The notes under the pieces: model-generated
Told to the model about the DNA's origin: nothing
The model's database searches: none
What the model saw: only the letters and a program-made list of their open reading frames with translations
Assembly: GCA_965215015.1 (NCBI GenBank)
Contig: OZ244042.1
Location: 4,864,001-4,928,000 of the forward strand
Direction: 5' to 3'
DNA from: Candidatus Poribacteria bacterium
GTDB lineage: Bacteria; Poribacteria; WGA-4E; PCPOR2b
Length of the DNA stretch: 64,000 bases
Translations under genes and position numbers: made by a program
In this document: piece after piece, positions 61,801 to 64,000 of the stretch
Layout: each line of letters begins with the position of its first letter
Numbering within the stretch: the first letter of the stretch is position 1

Positions 61801-62316
61801 ACCTCCGACCCGGTGATCTCCGCCGAAAGCGCAGAACGCATTGGGCACACACTGGAAAATACGTTGGAAGATTATGGCTTGGATGTCACGTCAACGACTG
61901 AAAAATTAGCCAGCTACCAAGCCGTTGAAAATACCTACCTTTCTACCTTCCAAACACTCGGCGGCCTCGGACTACTTCTCGGTACACTCGGTCTGGGGAT
62001 CGTTTTGTTGAGAAACATCATCGAACGAAGTGGGGAGTTAGCGACCCTGCGCGCCTTCGGTTTTCGGAGAGCGACGCTGTCGCTGATGCTCCTATCGGAA
62101 AATGGATTTCTCCTATTAATTGGGATTCTGATTGGCACCGTTTCCGCTCTCATCGCAGTGACGCCGCACCTGACAACCCCAGGGGTTCTAGCACCTTGGC
62201 TTTCACTGATGATAACGTTGGTTTCCGTATTTCTAGTTGGAATGGTTGCCAGTGCGATCGCTGTCTACTTTGCCCTGCGAAGACCGTTGCTGCCAACACT
62301 CAAACACGACGCTTGA
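58858..62316 (+). CDS. ABC transporter permease (FtsX-like, two domains)
   Basis: TGALLVGDSVRGSL, EQRASEIGILLAAG, ERSGELATLRAFGF; multiple TMs. Confidence 0.9.
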   Translation: MHRSLIYFWRIQLALLLGVAVATAVLTGALLVGDSVRGSLHNLTLDRLGRIDYALVSERFFREDLATNLSRQLEGETQFHQETVPAILLSGTAVNATTKARASRVQIQGIDERFTSLWEEASGQSAPPLERQPGELFPSVHINQSLQNELDIKVGEQLLLSFEKHSEVHREFLLGHRDSSDVLQTLRLTVTKILPDRGIGSFGLRPNQSRPLNAYVSLAILQKALGTGAKVNTIFASAASPDLSNLTTTDALPALQNRLHQLLKLEDLGLKLRHVSSESIGGVGYLSLESTQFLLKQDIIEVAQAVAIERRTLSLPILTYLANTITANGRTIPYSTITGLDTQRAFSLELIDGSPAPPLADDEILLNEWAAIDLGAKVGDQIDVSYYIVGPREKLLTRGAQFRLKGVIAMEGLAADRGLTPEFPGIHKADDMSEWNAPFPIDLSQIRPKDEVYWDLFRATPKAFVSDGAAQQLWRSRFGDLTAIQIRTVFGVDLQTTQTNFQRRLLEKIRPEQVGLVFRSVKADGLEAATGATDFSTLFIGFSLFLIISAALLVGLLFRLGVEQRASEIGILLAAGYPISTVRRRFMKEGGLIAGIGCLIGLGGGIIYAWLLMTGLRTWWLAAVGTPFLTLHVSPLSLVLGYLIALVVVLFSIGWTVRRFGKVPILTLIAGGSGIDGFSNQRSSGGIPNRILALASLGLALALTIFALVSATASTGLFFGSGVLLLIAGLAFFSIWVRLGRGRMDQPKVAVATQMGIKNSGRHPGRSMLCAALVGSACFVIVAVGANRHVEREQGSTPQKESGTGGFALVAESDIPLHHNLNSREGRFELGFSESDSDLTTGTLIFPFRLLPGEDASCLNLYRPQKPRILGAAKDFTDRDGFQFHTTTAAKENPWELLQDELEPGVIPAIGDYNSVQWILHLGLGDELSIQDEQGDQLKLRLVGILQRSIFQSELLISEANFKKHFPSRSGYAYFLIQTPSTSDPVISAESAERIGHTLENTLEDYGLDVTSTTEKLASYQAVENTYLSTFQTLGGLGLLLGTLGLGIVLLRNIIERSGELATLRAFGFRRATLSLMLLSENGFLLLIGILIGTVSALIAVTPHLTTPGVLAPWLSLMITLVSVFLVGMVASAIAVYFALRRPLLPTLKHDA

Positions 62317-62327
62317 TTCGCGGGCAG

Positions 62328-63074
62328 TTACGCTTCTTGAATAACATCGGGCCTTTGACCAATAGAGGGCGGCATCAACATCCGCTTCTGCTGCTCCGTC
62401 AGGTCATCAAACTCGTCCAGATCATAGTAATTTTGCGACCACGCCGAGTGTCCGGGGCTATACTTATAGAGCAGTGAACGCCGCTCATGTTTAGCGCGCC
62501 ACGGCATCGTCCCGTGGATGAGTGCCTCCGTGAAGAACAGCGCATCGCCAGCTTCGACTGCCGGTTGGACCACATAGGGTGCGGGACGTTCAAAACCGCG
62601 GATATCGTCAGGCAGACTTGATAGAAAATTGGTCTTATGGCTGCCCGGAACACACGCAAAGCCGCCATCGCCCGCTGCCGCATCTGTTAGAAAGTACGTA
62701 ATAACGCTCAACCCATTACGCATCACCCCGTCCCAGTATTTGTACCAGTGATCGCCAACCACTTCGGGGCCCCCGTGCAACCTGCCGCTTTGACCTCCCT
62801 CGGTCATAAAGATGCAATAGTCATGATCGAGTCGGACCTTGGGACCCATTAATTCAATCAGGTAGGGCAGCACTTTGGGGTGATCCATCAATCTTTTGAA
62901 CGGTTCTCCCCAACACGAAACTCGACTGGCACGGCGGTAGCGCGTATCATCGCCTTCGGGAGGGAAGACACGATCAGCAATTTCATTCATCTCCTCAACT
63001 TCATCGGTGGACAACACATTTTTAATAATTAGATAGCCTTCGAGGTCGAAGCTAAATTTTTCTTCACCGGTCAT
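62328..63074 (-). CDS. Phytanoyl-CoA dioxygenase (PhyH) family protein
   Basis: FDLEGYL, LHGG, GGFACVPGSHK, GDALFFTEALIHGT..W...RRSL. Confidence 0.9.
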   Translation of the reverse strand: MTGEEKFSFDLEGYLIIKNVLSTDEVEEMNEIADRVFPPEGDDTRYRRASRVSCWGEPFKRLMDHPKVLPYLIELMGPKVRLDHDYCIFMTEGGQSGRLHGGPEVVGDHWYKYWDGVMRNGLSVITYFLTDAAAGDGGFACVPGSHKTNFLSSLPDDIRGFERPAPYVVQPAVEAGDALFFTEALIHGTMPWRAKHERRSLLYKYSPGHSAWSQNYYDLDEFDDLTEQQKRMLMPPSIGQRPDVIQEA

Positions 63075-63341
63075 GGTGTGGCTCCTTACGCGAAGTGTAA
63101 TATGTCAATAATAACACACGGATTTTTAGGGTTGCGGTATGTATTACAAAGATCGGTTATGGTATAATAACCAAATTGCTAGGAGTAGGCATACGCCGTA
63201 TGCCGTAGTCTCAAAAGTTTATTACATTGTCCCAATGAACTAACATAGCCCTAGCGGGACGAACGGTCTATAGCATTTGATGAGTCTAACACAAAAAGAC
63301 ATTTCTGTGAAGGCGTTTTTTTTAAAGAAAGGATTCCAAAC

Positions 63342-64000
63342 ATGTACCGAAGCAAACAGATTTTATCCCAACTCTCCATTTATGGCTTAATTTTCAGCTT
63401 GATTGCTTCCACCAGCTGGGCTGGCTATAAACGTATCAACGAACCGAATCCAGCCGACCCAATGGCAGTCGAAATTTATCAGTTGGACAACGGCTTGACT
63501 GTCTATCTCACCGAAAATCATGAAGAGCCGCGATTCTATGCGGAGATTTCAGTCCGTGCCGGGAGCAAGCATGACCCCTCAGACGCAACCGGCATCGCTC
63601 ACTATCTGGAGCACATGCTCTTTAAGGGCACTCAGAATTTCGGGACCCTCAATTACGAAAAAGAGAAGCCGCATTTGGATAGGATCACAGATCTCTATGA
63701 ACAACATTTCCACGAAACCGATCCAGAAAAACGGAAAGAAATCTATGCCGCCATTAACGAAACCGCACAACTCGCCACCCAATACGGCATCCCCAATGAA
63801 CTCGATAAGCTGTACAAAGCAATGGGCGGGCGTGGGGTGAACGCACATACATGGGTGGAGGAAACCGTGTATAAGGTCGATCTGCCCGCTAACCGCCTGA
63901 AACAGTGGGCGGTTATTGAATCAGATCGCTTCATTGATCCGGTGTTCCGCCTCTTCCAGACTGAACTGGAAACCGTGTATGAAGAAAAGAACCGGTCGAT
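63342..64000 (+). CDS. M16 family (insulinase-like) zinc peptidase, 5' part, runs off the window
   Basis: Own translation: signal peptide, LDNGLTVYL, VRAGSKHDP, GIAHYLEHMLFKGT (HxxEH), NAHT. Confidence 0.92.
   Translation, partial: MYRSKQILSQLSIYGLIFSLIASTSWAGYKRINEPNPADPMAVEIYQLDNGLTVYLTENHEEPRFYAEISVRAGSKHDPSDATGIAHYLEHMLFKGTQNFGTLNYEKEKPHLDRITDLYEQHFHETDPEKRKEIYAAINETAQLATQYGIPNELDKLYKAMGGRGVNAHTWVEETVYKVDLPANRLKQWAVIESDRFIDPVFRLFQTELETVYEEKNRS

Noticed and set aside
1-64000. tRNA, rRNA and riboswitches
   Set aside because: No cloverleaf, rRNA or recognisable riboswitch consensus seen by eye; a covariance search was not possible.

Overview
64 kb of bacterial chromosome. It is most likely Candidatus Poribacteria, inferred from the C-terminal AVEPKGKLAMTWGALK motif, the PhyH/sulfatase/YCF48/VWA gene set and the dense palindromic intergenic repeats. 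Most of the window is housekeeping and catabolic genes (ctpA, lpxK, lpxB, pcm, RluA, SDR, enolase-superfamily dehydratase, FAA hydrolase, ABC transporter, M16 peptidase). Main findings, none visible in the ORF track: (1) A 745-nt ORF-less group IIB intron (31603-32347, minus) sits exactly after the ATG of an M3B oligoendopeptidase gene. Its EBS1 loop pairs with the start-codon context, so the full protein (M-SSENTNGLPTWDLSDLY...) needs splicing. (2) A probable exported selenoprotein fuses a SnoaL-like domain to a thioredoxin-like UxxC domain (35811-36938). There is a second, weaker Sec candidate (FmdB) with a similar SECIS-like hairpin. (3) A decayed AT-rich DNA methyltransferase gene is bracketed by ~56-bp inverted repeats. 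(4) A patchwork of differently deleted copies of a small coiled-coil gene lies next to a type IIG-like R-M methyltransferase, which also carries an in-frame REP-like insertion. IS remnants, MITE-like and IS605-end-like elements and several REP families are present. No rRNA, tRNA or CRISPR array was seen.
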